From Amoebidium appalachense (Eukaryota > Protista > Ichthyosporea): a stretch of 64,000 nt of DNA. The DNA lies in contig CAVNZM010000002.1 of NCBI GenBank assembly GCA_963693365.1, forward strand, positions 12,084,328 through 12,148,327, in the 5' to 3' direction. The position numbers and the translations under genes were made by a program. Shown in pieces: positions 27,427 to 47,805 of the stretch; position 1 is the stretch's first letter, and every line of letters begins with the position of its first letter. The notes under the pieces are model-generated. The model searched no databases. It saw nothing but the letters and a program-made list of their open reading frames with translations, and was not told the DNA's origin.

Positions 27427-27489
<63 letters not shown>

Positions 27490-27518
27490 CGTGCTGCGTG
27501 CGCGTGCGTGTGCGTGGT

Positions 27519-27559
<41 letters not shown>

Positions 27560-28462
27560 ACGCGGGGGTGGGGAGGGGGGGGGGGGGGGGGGGGAGGGGG
27601 GTAGGATTTCTCAGCTTCAAGACCTTATTAATTTCTATGATAGGGCCTCTGATTGTGTGATGCTAGCGTTGCGGTGATTCAGCACTTTAATGATTGTGCT
27701 GCCTGAGGTACATGTATGTAGTGACTGCAGCCGACAGTGTACGTACGTATACATGTCTAATATGAAGACTTGTGTTTCAGTGCACTGTATCGTCGCCTCA
27801 GTCCCTCGTTTTCTCTTCACTGAGCATGTCCTAGGTTTCCCTAACGATAGTCTTGATTTAGCATTAATATTACACGTGCACACACATGGCTGGGCCCTCC
27901 CTGCATGAATTGCAACGTTTCTGCACGGCGTTAAAGTCTAAATATACGTGCACACGCAAACATACACTGTCAGATACACAGACACACACATACGCAAGCC
28001 GTGAAACACCCACGCATTTACGCTCACAGTTTGCAGGTCACATGAATTATGATCCGCAATATAGTATGCACACACACGTGTACACACATGCTCACAGTAC
28101 TAGTCACACAAACACAACAAACACTGTGACAACACTGCACGCACACACAGTACTAGTAGTATTCAGAGTCACACAAACACGGACAAACACACGTCAGGTG
28201 CACCGCACGCACTATTAGTGTGATATACGCTACGGTGTGCATGGCTGCCACATTTGTGCTCCAGGAGCGTACGTACACACACAGTATCGACGTCCCACAC
28301 GTACGGCCGACGTCACACACATGCATATGCAAATAGATTACTCATGGTCATCCAATTTGCATGATCACACACACACACACACGGTGTCACACACACACAA
28401 ACACATACACACACACACACGTGGCTCACACACTCACACATCCATGCGTGCGCCTGCACACC

Positions 28463-28498
<36 letters not shown>

Positions 28499-29669
28499 AT
28501 GTGGACGTTGTGCACACACTGCAGCTGTCACAGCTAAGAGTCACACACACATGTGCACGACGTTGTGCCCGTGACACCCCCCCCCTCCCCCCCCCCCCGG
28601 CCCCCCCGGACCCTCCCCCCTAACACACACACACACAAGCACAAATTTCCCTGACTCATGCAGGCGCGCTCGGATATGCAAACATGCACGCCACAAGTAT
28701 ATGCACACGACACACGCACACGCGCACACGCACACGCATACACACACGAGTCACGCACACGTGTGCTCTTGCACACACACACACACACACACACAAGCAC
28801 GAACCGTGACTTGCGCACTGCCAGGCACTCGGATATACAAACATGCACCACAAGCGCATGCACACGACACGTGCACACTTAGTCACACACTAAGGTATAT
28901 ATCGTGCGCGCTGCAGCCCGGTACCATTTTGAACACACCACAAACACCGTGATTCGTACACAATGCGCAGCGGAGTGACACATTTTTTGCACGATCGCAC
29001 AACGGTATGCGCACACTACATACGTACACACTGCCGGATCCTCTAACCCACGGTCGCAGGGGCCCACTCACTTGCAGTAATCTTTCAACGCCACACGGAC
29101 GTTACCCCCAAAAGATGACAGGAGAGCTGAACAGAAAATCGCGCAAATATGACGGTGATGCGTCAGGTGAACATGCATGCAAACCAATATTATCCCAGAA
29201 AGAAATTTTTTTGGTGTCACCGTAAGGTTTATTTTTTACGGGAGACCAGTCCACGCGTATGTATTGCCTCACGAGACACAGACGGGGCTCATATGGTTGC
29301 GGTCACCCCCCTCGACATGATGCTCAAAACAACAGAAATTTGAATTACGAAAATCCTTACGTTCAAATGTAGCCACAGGCAAGAGAGCCTGCGTGCCCTA
29401 TGTGTAAAAATAAAAAATAAAAAAAAGAAAGGAAAATACTACATAATCCAGTCCAGTATATTACACATTTCCTCCTATTCGTCATTTATCTATTGTGGCA
29501 TCGCACGTTGTCAAAATCAGGCATATGATATACTAATGCTAAAAACATTTCTGAAAAAAAGAAATACCTTGTTGCGTAAAATTCAGCACAACATATTGGT
29601 CGGAAGGGGCCTGCCCCCTCTGATCTTTCGAGCATAGAGATGACGAAAAAAATCCGTCGGGAGGGAGGT

Positions 29670-31588
29670 TTAATTTTCTACCAAAGTGCCGATAAGCATC
29701 ATGTCGAGGAGGTTGCGGGCAGCCTTGGAGTGCATGTGCCTGGAGGGAGGGAAAGGGTTAGCAAACTGTATCAGACAGTCCTGAAGTTGTGCACACAGTA
29801 CCTATCAGGGGTGCGACAAGAGCAGAACTGGACACCAAAATGCTTCTTCGTGCAAAGAGTACATTTTGGGTCATGCAGGAAGTATCTATCAGGGTGTGTT
29901 AACGTTACACGGACACAAAAACGTTGTTTCGTGCAAACGGAACATTTCAAAATTCACTTGGTTCTCCCTCGTCACATTCATGCAAGTTCTCCCTCGTCAC
30001 ATTCATGCAAGCATGAGTAAGAACACGCAACACAGTGGCTTCGTGCAAACATTACACTCCGGGCAACTGCATGTTTTCTGTTCAATACAACCAGCACAAA
30101 ACACAATGCTCACCTGAACATGAACTGCTCCTTAATGTACTCCGGCTTCTTGCCCGACATAGACCGCAGCAGCCGCTCGCCGCCGGGGTGCTCGCTGGCA
30201 AACTCAGTGCAGTCATAGACGAGCCCGTTCAGGCTCACCCACACCTTGCCGCTGTCCTTTGCCGCGCAATCCTGATACTCCTTGAGAGTGATCTTGTTTG
30301 CCTTCTTGTTCTCATCCGGCCACGTGATCGTCTTGTAGAAATCCGCCAAGTTCTTCTCGCGCACCTGGTAACGTGCCTTGTCGATCTCGTTCTCGGGGGG
30401 GTGCTTAAGGTCGTAGCACATACCGAGGACGTACCCGAGCTCGATAATGCGCTTGGTCGGGTCGTAGTCGTACCAGCGCACACCGTTCTTGTACGAGAAG
30501 GAAAACGCGTGGTGGAAACCGTGGTTACCCTCACCGAGAGTCACCAAGGCGGTGAAGAAGTGGTCCTTGGCAGACGTCTCGTTGGAATACTCGTCGCTGC
30601 CGAGCCAGTGTGCGAGAGAGTTCACGCACCACGTGCTGTGCCACGTGAGGATGCGTGCCATGAAGCCGCCATAAAGGATAGCCTGCACAGTGTCCTGGAA
30701 TACAAAGACGGGGAGAGCGAAGGCAAAGAACATGGAGCAGAAAAGGTAGTATTTGTGCTGGAGCATAGCCAACTTCTCGCGCTTAAGGTCGCTCACATCA
30801 ACACGCTTGACATCCTCCGACCGGTCGACCTTCTCGAACATCCAGATGCAGTGGGAGAACCAGAAACCCTTGTCCGGGCCGTACGGGTCCATGTCAGTGT
30901 CTGGGAACGAGTGGTGAAGGCGGTGGAGGCGAGACCACCAAAGGATAGAGCCCTGAAGGGCACCGGCACCGGCAGCGGCCCAGAACATCCGCCACGGAAG
31001 GATGGCTTTGTAGGCACGGTGGCTCCAGAGTCTGTGGTAGCCGACAGTGATGCCAAGACCTGCATACAGCATAGCAATGTCAGTGATGGCAACAAGGTCC
31101 GCATGCAAGTGCAGAGATAGAAGGGGGTTTCAGGTTAGGTGTATAAACTAGGTGATGTTGGGCGAGGGTGAACAGATAAAAGTCGTCATGCAAAAGAGGC
31201 TAGCCCGACGAGAAAGGCTGAGTAAACAAGTATCCAACAACTGCTTGCATACACGTGCCTGTTTCCCCAATCGGCCACACTAAATCCCCATTGAGTTACC
31301 AGGTGTAATAAAGGGACCAAGAGGAAAATCAAACGGCAAGCCTGAAGCGCGGCCATGTATTTCTGGAAAGCAGGTGCCAGAAGTTGTGCACCCAATCACC
31401 CGTTGTTCAACCAACATGCCACTCATGCTCCAGGCTTCAGAGTACGTACCGGTCCAGGCATACATGATGAGCATGTATGTCAATCCGCTCTTTGTCATAG
31501 GAGCGAAGTACAATCCACCAAAGGCAATTGCGTGGAAGATCAAAACGTAGGCCAATGGCACAAAGTCGACACCTAAGACTTTCCCCAT
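29670..31588 (-). CDS. OLE1: Delta-9 acyl-CoA desaturase with C-terminal cytochrome b5 domain (Ole1-type)
   Basis: Exons 31588-31450, 31059-30114, 29739-29670. His boxes GYHRLWSH, HRLHH and GEGNHGFHH; motifs TDMDPY, VNSLAH, YDYDPTK; cytochrome b5 HPGG and HMHS motifs. Confidence 0.95.
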
Positions 31589-31679
31589 GTTGATGGCTTT
31601 AGTTCGCTATGAAAGCGACGAACAAATGGGTAGAGAGGGTGCGTCAGCGCGTTGTGGAACTGAAAGGGAATGGGACGTT

Positions 31680-32480
31680 TTGCCGTTATATAGTTGTCGA
31701 GTGAGTGGGGCTGCTAGAAGGCACCATGATCTAGAGCGAATCAATGCTTTCCAAATGGTTGGCACAAGAAAAGCTGCAAGAAGGAGATGAAAGGAATTTC
31801 CTAGTACCAATGTAGGAGCTAGCCTGAAAGTTAATCAAATCATTAAAAAGTGTGTATTTATATATAGTAGATGTATTTTTAAAAGATCTTGAAAGAATAA
31901 TGAGAAAAGATACACCTATGTCCATTGCAGGAGCGAAGCGGTCACGAGCATGCCCGACCAATCACCTACGATCTCGATGGCTACATACCAGGGAAATAGT
32001 CAAACGAGAACCAAATTATACTTTTTAAAATGTACAAATGAGCATGCGGCTTTAAGTAGTTCTTGGTTTCCTTAAGAAATTAAGGTCCAATTTAGAGGTA
32101 ATTTAAATCTAGATTATCATCAATCATTTTGAACCTCTCTTACGCCAATCAAATGCACTCTGCATTCTGAGTGGTTCCGGCATGATGTTGGACAAAGTCG
32201 ATGGCTGACCAATCAAATCACAAAAAGCATTCTATTCTCTCCAAATTCCCTTTTGCCGGCATATTGTTTGATTTGCTCCGCAGCCACGCACGCCGCCTCT
32301 AAACCAATTGAACGTTGCGGACAAAAAGTACGCAATGTCTGATTGGATGCACGTCATGACTTAGAACCTAGTTAATTTGAGGCACCAATCGGAGCACAAA
32401 AACACAAAAAGTGATCAGAGCATGCTCAGCATGGTGCGGGGTAGCGTTGTGACGTTAGCCTGATGAGCCACCAATTTGAC
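31680..32480. promoter_or_regulatory. Desaturase upstream region: TATA-like box and CCAAT-box cluster
   Basis: TATATAA on the minus strand ~100 nt upstream of the ATG (~31686-31692). CCAAT/ATTGG at 31807, 31958, 32087, 32145, 32209, 32304, 32342, 32385 and 32471. Confidence 0.45.
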
Positions 32481-35400
32481 ACGAGTTGCCCATTAGTATT
32501 ACGTTGTGCCACCGTGTGCTTTCTCTGGCACTTTCTTTGCTCCCTTAAATGACGTTGTGTCGTTGTAAATGTAAAACATGCGGAAACACGACGTGTATAA
32601 AATCATAGAAAATTCTACGGTTTAGAGCTCATTTTTCCTTTTGTTTCCATTACGTTAGAGTTCCTTTTCATTTGTCACCACGCCGAGTTTGCAGTTGCAT
32701 TTCCCAAGTTTTTTTTTCGTGTCCTCCCGTTTAGCATGCAAGTGTCAACACAAGTATCGTGTTTTGAAAGGGAAAGTGCATTTGAAAAAATCCTCTTGAC
32801 ACTTCCCAAACACATGTTCATGCGTAGAAGCCAACTGACCTTGACACTTTAGTATTCCGTCATGGGAACACAACCGTTCTATTCACCGGTTTTATCGACG
32901 GTACATTTGTACGGTGGCACATTTGTCCTTCATTTGTTAAACATACAAAACACATACAGACGTGTGCAGAACATCCACACACACACACAGCAATACGTAC
33001 ATTTCACATTTACTTGTGATTATAGGACCATAGTTGTTTGCAGGGCGCTAGGCACAAACATACCCACCCCCACCACCTGACACGTAGCACACTGTGTCAC
33101 GGCACATTGGCACCATGCTCATGCACACTGACACCATCACACAAATGTCAGTTCAACGTGCATTTCTTAATTCGTTTTTTCTTAACACTCTGCCAGAATA
33201 CTGACTATTTTTTAGACATTGTATTACGTGCACAGCTATGCACAATCAACACACAACACGCCACACAATCATGCATCACAGTCCACACATAAACATACAC
33301 GCAGCTGCCTAAATAGTACGTATTACGTGGCACACACACGCACACATGTAACACATACACACGTGCGCACGCGCGCACACACACACACGCACACAGACGC
33401 ATACACATATGCCGCGTGCTAGTGCCACTTCCACACTAACATCATGAATGAAGTATGTGCATGCACCATGGGCTGCGCATGTCATACACACCACGGCACA
33501 CGACTTTAACATGTACCCTTGCATCTCCTCACGCTATGACGTTAAGTATTCACATAACATGCACACACAATCACACACTGACAAGCGCGCTTACACACAC
33601 AATCACAACACACTTGTACACAAGCACACACACACACACACACACACAGGTGCGCGGGGGCGCGCGCGTGCGCACACACACACACACACACAAATAAGCA
33701 TATGTCTGCACTCTACGTTTATAAGACTTGAGAGATCCATCTACACATGCACTCTCATTAGATGCAGCCAAGCATTGCACGTGCGCACACGCACCCTTGT
33801 TTCTTTCAAGCAATGTGGTGTCTGAAGGTTGTTACACCACACATTCTATGTTTAAAACGCAACAGAGATAGGGGGGCACCTTGGAACATACACATGCACA
33901 CAACCTTTTAGCAACCTCACCACAGACCGGCGTCACATCAGGTGAGTCTCCCTCCCCCCCCTCCCCCCCCCCCCCCCCCCCCCCCCCCGCCCCGCCCCTG
34001 CCCCTGCCCTCCTCCTGCACCAAAATTTAAAAAACAAAAGAAGAACCTCAGGCTTAAACGTGTGCCACATTGCTGCTTACTGCGACCCACTGGTTACTAC
34101 GCGGCGCTCGTTTGTATGCTTTGGTGCATCCGCCCTGGTGCGCTACATAATTGTGGTTGTTTGTCGTGGAAGCATTGTGTTTACTCATTTAGACAAATTT
34201 CTCACGCATAGACAAGCGTACACCACAATCATTGTTCGGACTGGTTTCTGGGGCAATCACACACACACACACACACCTTGTTGCATACACTAGAGCGCAA
34301 ACGTGCCCACTCACACACGTACACATGGGCACTTAATCACACTTGGTGCATGCACATACTGTGTGTACACACATGCAAGCACACCGTGTCATATTGACGG
34401 GCATCCTTAGGGAATGCTCTAAGCAAACACACGACTCCCATAGCCACTGAATTATACGTTGTACACCCGCCCACCTTTGCATTTATTCAAACATCCAGCA
34501 ACTTAGCCGGGGGGCACAAGCACGATGCACATTTAGCAACATATAACTCTTTTACCGATGCCCCACACAAACACATGTTGACACGTAGCGGAAAACATCC
34601 ACGAATATTTTTACACCCCACCTAACAGCTACCACGCACAACCTTGGCACAGTGCTTCATCCACAATATGCGCACAGTACCATACGCACGTCAGCCACTG
34701 TGTGCATGTACACATTTAGTGTTCAGGACACGCTGAGGGATTTTTATGTATCCACACTTCATGGCTGACCGTTTGTGTTTGTTTGCATGGTTCATGTCAT
34801 GTTCAATGGAGGAGATGTGTATGTCATCAGTGAACTGTCGCCCTTGTTTTTTTGGTTTTGTGGCTTGTGCAGGTTGTGACCGTGCGTTGGTCAAATGTAG
34901 GCGCGACGGGGGAAAAGGGGAGAGGGCGGTTGCAAGTATACACCAGTTCGCAATTGGATTCCAAAAGTCTCTGGATAACTATGTAAGGTTCGTTGGTATG
35001 ATTTGATTGGTTGTGCTTTACGGTTTACGGTTTACGGTTGAGATTGGGCCAGAGCACTAATGTACAGCCTAGAAAGGGCAGTTCAAGCCCGATTTCACCT
35101 AGAGAAAAGGTTTTTGTCAACTAGCAAAAGTTGTTGGAAATAAAAAAAAAAAACGCGCAATTTTGATATAAGGAGTCGCGTAGGTCCGAGCCGTCCTTCA
35201 TCGTCAAAATCGACGAAAACCGCCTGGGTGTGGGGCCGGCGACCGCGGCGGCGGCTGACTCTTGGGCTGATCGTCTAAGACAAAATGAGCTTTTTTGCTT
35301 GTTCTGACCATTAAATGTGCGCCGGACACCCCATGTTGCTTATATATAAAATGTGTCGCTTTGTTTGCGAAGTTATCAATTAGGCGGCCAAAGCCTGTTT

Positions 35401-36112
35401 TCTATTCATATTTTGGACTTAAAGTTTTTACATGATTTTTGGACTATAGCTATTGAGACAAGCGACCATAAAATTTTCCGCGGCTCATTTTGAAGCGGGG
35501 CAATCAGATTTGAACCACTACTTAGTGATTGCGAACTCGTGTATAACTTGAAAAAGAAGAATATATAGAAATTATATATCATGTTTAATGAAAAGAAATA
35601 TAGTGATTGTTTCACAAGGTCTGTGACTGTGGAAGGCTTAGTTTGTCTATGATTTAGTGGGTTCTGTGGTGGGGCTGGTACCCACTCAAGGACTGTGGTT
35701 TCGTGGAGAGGATTATTTCGAAGAACGGGGTTTATATCAGTAAACCAGTAAAGGATGTTTTTTAAATGGCAGTGTTGGTATGTTTGTGTTCGTAAAGCAT
35801 GTGTTGCACTGAGTGCACGTGTGCAAAGCACCTTTAATATGCCGCCAGAGCCCCCCGAGCACACACACATGTCACACCACCTAGCCACACACACACAAAT
35901 ACATATATGAAAGTTTTTCGGGTGTGTGTGTGGGGGGGGGGAGGGGGGCCCATTCATGTGATCACCTAGGGGATCATTGCACTTTCATTGGCCGCTCCGG
36001 GCGCTCCCTCCGGCAAATCCGGTAACACGACATGGACCCCATTGTACAAATACAGATGTAATACACCCCTATGTTAATGTTCATTTACCACATGGCCATT
36101 TAGCTACATGTA

Positions 36113-36368
36113 CAGGGGTCCCTCGCATATTATATTAAACCCCGTTTTTGGCCAAAAGTGTATCAATACGCGAGGTGTATTAATATGCGAACGCGACAGT
36201 TTGGTATATAACTTGCCATATATGGTGTCGCGCATATGTATTCACATATGGATATAGGGGGAAAATATGCCCCCCTATCATATATTGTCCAGGGCCTAAA
36301 GCTTAAAAGTGTATCAATGCGCGAATGTATAAATAAGATGGTGTATTAACAAGCGTGGGGAACCCCTG
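36113..36368. mobile_element. Tc1/mariner-pogo-type MITE
   Basis: Imperfect TIRs CAGGGGTCCCTCGC / GCGTGGGGAACCCCTG, flanked by TA on both sides. Internal direct repeats AAAAGTGTATCAATRCGCGA..GTGTATTAA. Confidence 0.75.
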
Positions 36369-36674
36369 TAGACCCAACTTGGGCCAAAACGGACACTCCC
36401 CTACACACACACACACACTGTCACTTATCTGCAGGCGCGCGGCGTGGACGCACAGGTGCACACACAAGAACACACCCTCCGCCACATCGCTATCGTATGA
36501 GCGTCTACGAGTCGGATGTGAGATCGCGACGATGTTTTATTAAATTTACAGGGCCAGTCACAGAATGCACAAGGTGCAGCGCCAGTGGTACGTGGTAGGG
36601 TGGTGGGGTGTGTGTGTGTTCGCGCGTGTGTGTGTGTGTATGTGGGGTGGGTGGGGTGGGTGGTGGTGGTGGCC

Positions 36675-36706
<32 letters not shown>

Positions 36707-36850
36707 TATGGCCATATGGGGGGGGGACCAAACTGCATGTCACAATAATTAGGGAGAACGACTGTCGTGACATTGTTATTACTGTATACAATTGCGAGTC
36801 AACATATGCATATAGCTACCGGTACCGTACAAGACAATGTCTCCCCCCGC

Positions 36851-36883
<33 letters not shown>

Positions 36884-38232
36884 CGCAACCCACCCGTGCA
36901 TGATGGCCACCCCCCGCTGTGCCCAGCCCAGATCTGAGGTTCTCGTCACTTCGTGTCGCTCTCCTACAAACCCACTTAGTCTAATCTAACGACAGGTTTT
37001 GTGAAAAATTTAAATAAATCTCAACCATTTTTATATGAACCAATAATTTGCGCGCGATCGCACGATATTAGCTCTAGCCAAATATAGAAATTTGGGCGGG
37101 AAGTTTTGGCGCGCCAAAAAAAAGTTTATATACTAGGCTAAAAAAAAGTAGGAGTATGCAGTCACTGTGGTCCGCGAATGGGGTGATGGACAGGCTAGGA
37201 GGGGCATTAGGGAGGGGAGGAGGGGGGGGGGGGAGGGGGGGGGGGGGGGGAGGGCACCATAATCAGAACACCATCCACCCAGCCTAATACCCATTGACAA
37301 GCTGTTCCCCAAATTTTAGACGACGGTGTTTGCATCTGTTTCTGCTGTGCCTACATGTGTGCCTGTGTGCTTGTGTATGTACGCTCGTTATGTGTGTGCA
37401 TGTGTGTGTGACTGTGTGTGTGCATGCGTGTGTGTGCGTGTGCGTGTGCGTGCGGATACACATGCACATTCATCGTTTGATGCATGTGATCGAAGGAACG
37501 ATCGCCGGTCGGTGTTTCTCATCAATTCACAAGCGAACCTCTGGCATGTCACATGGTACACAAACTGCCACGTCGTGCTTTTATTACTATGATTATAAGT
37601 TATACAAGCATACACTCGCACAACAACAGAAAAAAATGAACGGTAAACACATCCGCATGAGCATATTGTCTCCCAGCTCAATGCAAAATCGATTTCAAGG
37701 CATCTACAGCAAATCCTCTGGGTGATGCATGAGCCCCCCCCCCCCCCCCCTCCTCACCGGGGGTGGCCGGGGATGATGATGCATGTGGTCACAACAAAAC
37801 TCCTCGTGCAGTAATAGAACACAACCAACGGTTTAAAAGAGCATGTGTTTTGCTCCCAGCTAGCAGTTACAGTCGGGTTTTCATCAACACCACATGCAAT
37901 ACTGACACAAGAATACACTGAAATTTGGGCAAACACCCCAACAAACACACATTGACCCCCCCCCCCCCCCCCCCCCCCCTCTCACCCTCTTCTTTTGGTG
38001 GTTCAGCCACCGCTACTTTCCGCTTGCTCCCGTTCCCACTCACAGGAATAAGAACAAAAGCAACTAATAAGGCAAAAAAAAAGAGTCACGTAACTGATTT
38101 GCGTGTCTCAAAACCTTTTTAGGAAAGATGGAAGAAGGGAGAAGGCATAAAGAAAACGAAGCAAGGAAAAACCAAAAACGATGAAAAACAGAGAAAAACG
38201 GAGGAAATTCATAAAGAATTCTGGTGTGTGCA

Positions 38233-45092
<6,860 letters not shown>

Positions 45093-45876
45093 GTTTGTAT
45101 CTGCTCAAAACGAACCCGTCTACTCCAAATCGTATTGCTTCCAGCCGGTCAAGCTCTAAGCGAAACTTCGCGTTTTTTCTCCTAGGCCAAATCTGCGTAC
45201 GTGGCTCTAAGGAAACGGGGAGTCCCGAAGTTACACTACGTTGGAAAGGCCCTCGGAGCTGCCCGGCTGTTCCTTGTCTGATTGATGTAATGCGCTAGAT
45301 TCTTACAAAAAAATATTATGTGAAATAAAGCCAGGAAAAATGCATATATATTGCTCCTCTTTCTCACATTACAACTCGCCTCCAGAGAGCTAAATGAACC
45401 TTCTTCCCTTGTCTCGACCTGAGTCAGAGGCGAGCGCTGTGTGTGTGCATGTCGCGGCGCGTGCAGCGCATGGGCACTTTTGTCAGCCTAATCACAACAT
45501 AAAGCAACTTGGGCAACATCAAACTTACCGATCGGATCGCAAGAATGCGATTGAATTACAAAACATGACCGATCCCAAAACTGATCAGCTGTGCACTGGA
45601 CCAACGTTCGATCGACCGATTTTTTCTAACAGTAGTGTGCTTGTGTGTGATTGGGTGTGGTATATATGGTTGTGTGCATATATGGGTGTGGGCAAATGCA
45701 AGTGCACATGTCGTTTTCTTACCCTTGGTGATGTATATACCACTCACCAAAGTGGGAAGGTGAGGGCTGACACCGCTGACCATGGACTCCTGCACGGGTC
45801 GAACGGTCTGCCAGACTGCCTGGCAGTGTGTGATCGCGTGCAGAGCCGAGTGTGCATGTGTCCCATGTGTGTGTGT

Positions 45877-45929
<53 letters not shown>

Positions 45930-45998
45930 CGCATGTGTGTGAAACAGTGAAAGTCATTATGCGATAGAGCGATAGTGTGTGGGCGCGCGTGTGTGTGT

Positions 45999-46068
<70 letters not shown>

Positions 46069-46086
46069 GGGGGATAGTGTGATAGT

Positions 46087-46117
<31 letters not shown>

Positions 46118-46333
46118 GGGGGGGGAGTGCACGTATGTATTGAAGGGCGGGAAGCATGAAAGCGAAACATCAAACACCCCACGCAAAGCAGAAAGCGAAC
46201 CATTGCATTATGATAGAACAAACAACTCAAATTCGATAAAAACGGTGTGTTCCAACCATATTTAAACTTTATTGGCCAATCAACACACAGCGCCACGGAA
46301 ACTTTCTGAGCAGATATGCCACCAGGGCACACC

Positions 46334-46425
46334 TCAGTCCGTTTCCATCTTGTCCCCAGAGTTGGCGCTGCTCTCACCCGTCGACTTATCGACATCAGCT
46401 TGAAGTGCCTTCAAAAATGCCTCTA

Positions 46426-46475
<50 letters not shown>

Positions 46476-46488
46476 CGTGCGTGTATGT

Positions 46489-46578
<90 letters not shown>

Positions 46579-47266
46579 CGTGTGTGCTTGAGGGGGGGGT
46601 CACACATAAAAGGAAAGCACAATACAAGGTCCCGGGGGGGGGGGGGGGGGGGGGAGGACATCTATCGGTTAGATGGTGGCTAAAATGGAAGCGAAATTAC
46701 AAAATCAAATATACAAAAAAAAAAATTGTGCCAAAACCAAACACACAGAGCCCATGATCAGGGGCATTCCTGTACCTCGACACGATGATATTCTGCAATT
46801 CTTGAAACTCTCACGTGTGGCTCACAACCAACTACTCCTTTGCCAAGGGCTACACCCCGGGAGAGGAGGGGGGGGGGGGGGGGGGGGGGGGAAGGGGGGG
46901 GGAGGGAAGGGGGTAGGAGAAGGGAGGGAGGGGTTACGGAATTACGTAAAACCATAACACACATGTCTGGATATCGTCACTTCTGGGGAAAGAGAACAGG
47001 AAAATGGAGGCAGAGGGGGGGGGGGGGGGGGGGGAGGAGGAGGAGGAAGAGGGGGGGGGGGGGGGGGGAGGAGGTTGTTACCAGCTGTTTGGTTTGTGTC
47101 TGTGCCCACACCAAGCTGGGCAGGTGCCACCTGGCCGGACTTCAATGCCGCATTAAACGCATGCATGGCCTGTGTGTGTGTGTGTGTGAGTGTGTGAGTG
47201 TGTGTGTGTGTGGAAGGAGGGGTGGGGGGAGGGGGTGTCGTGTTTGCGTGTGTAGACAGCTGGGTG

Positions 47267-47304
<38 letters not shown>

Positions 47305-47633
47305 GTGCGTGCGTGTGTGTGTGTGTGTGTAGATAGCCGGGTGTTTGTGTGTGTGTGTTTGCGTGTATGGCACTGTATGCGTGTGCGTGCACATATGTGC
47401 ACGTATGCATGTGGGTAGGTGTGTGGGCGTATCTGTCTGTTTGCTCATATCGTATGTGTGTACGCAGTTGCCAAATGAATCGTGCCAGTTTCTGGAAGGC
47501 AATAGCAGAAGGTGTTAACTGTGACGGTACTGCCTCAGACACAGTTCTGCGCTAACAAATGCCGGGCTCAACATCACAGCCACCAGCCGAGACCTCAATG
47601 ATCATAGCTAGGGGCCGACTGTAGCTGAGGGTT

Positions 47634-47678
<45 letters not shown>

Positions 47679-47740
47679 ACACACACACACAGGAACACCC
47701 ATCACCCCTTCTTTTTTCTTTTATTTTCTTTGTGAGGGAG

Positions 47741-47805
<65 letters not shown>

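Noticed and set aside
27400-29600. Hidden gene or spliced 3'UTR between EMC8/9 and the desaturase
   Set aside because: Only an isolated GTGAGT donor (29071, minus strand) and a degenerate ~155-bp duplication (28625-28880), with no coherent exon chain.
30035-31120. 361-aa plus-strand ORF
   Set aside because: Antisense shadow of the codon-biased desaturase exon.
45725-45785. Possible C/D-box snoRNA
   Set aside because: Imperfect C box, too short, and no identifiable guide sequence.
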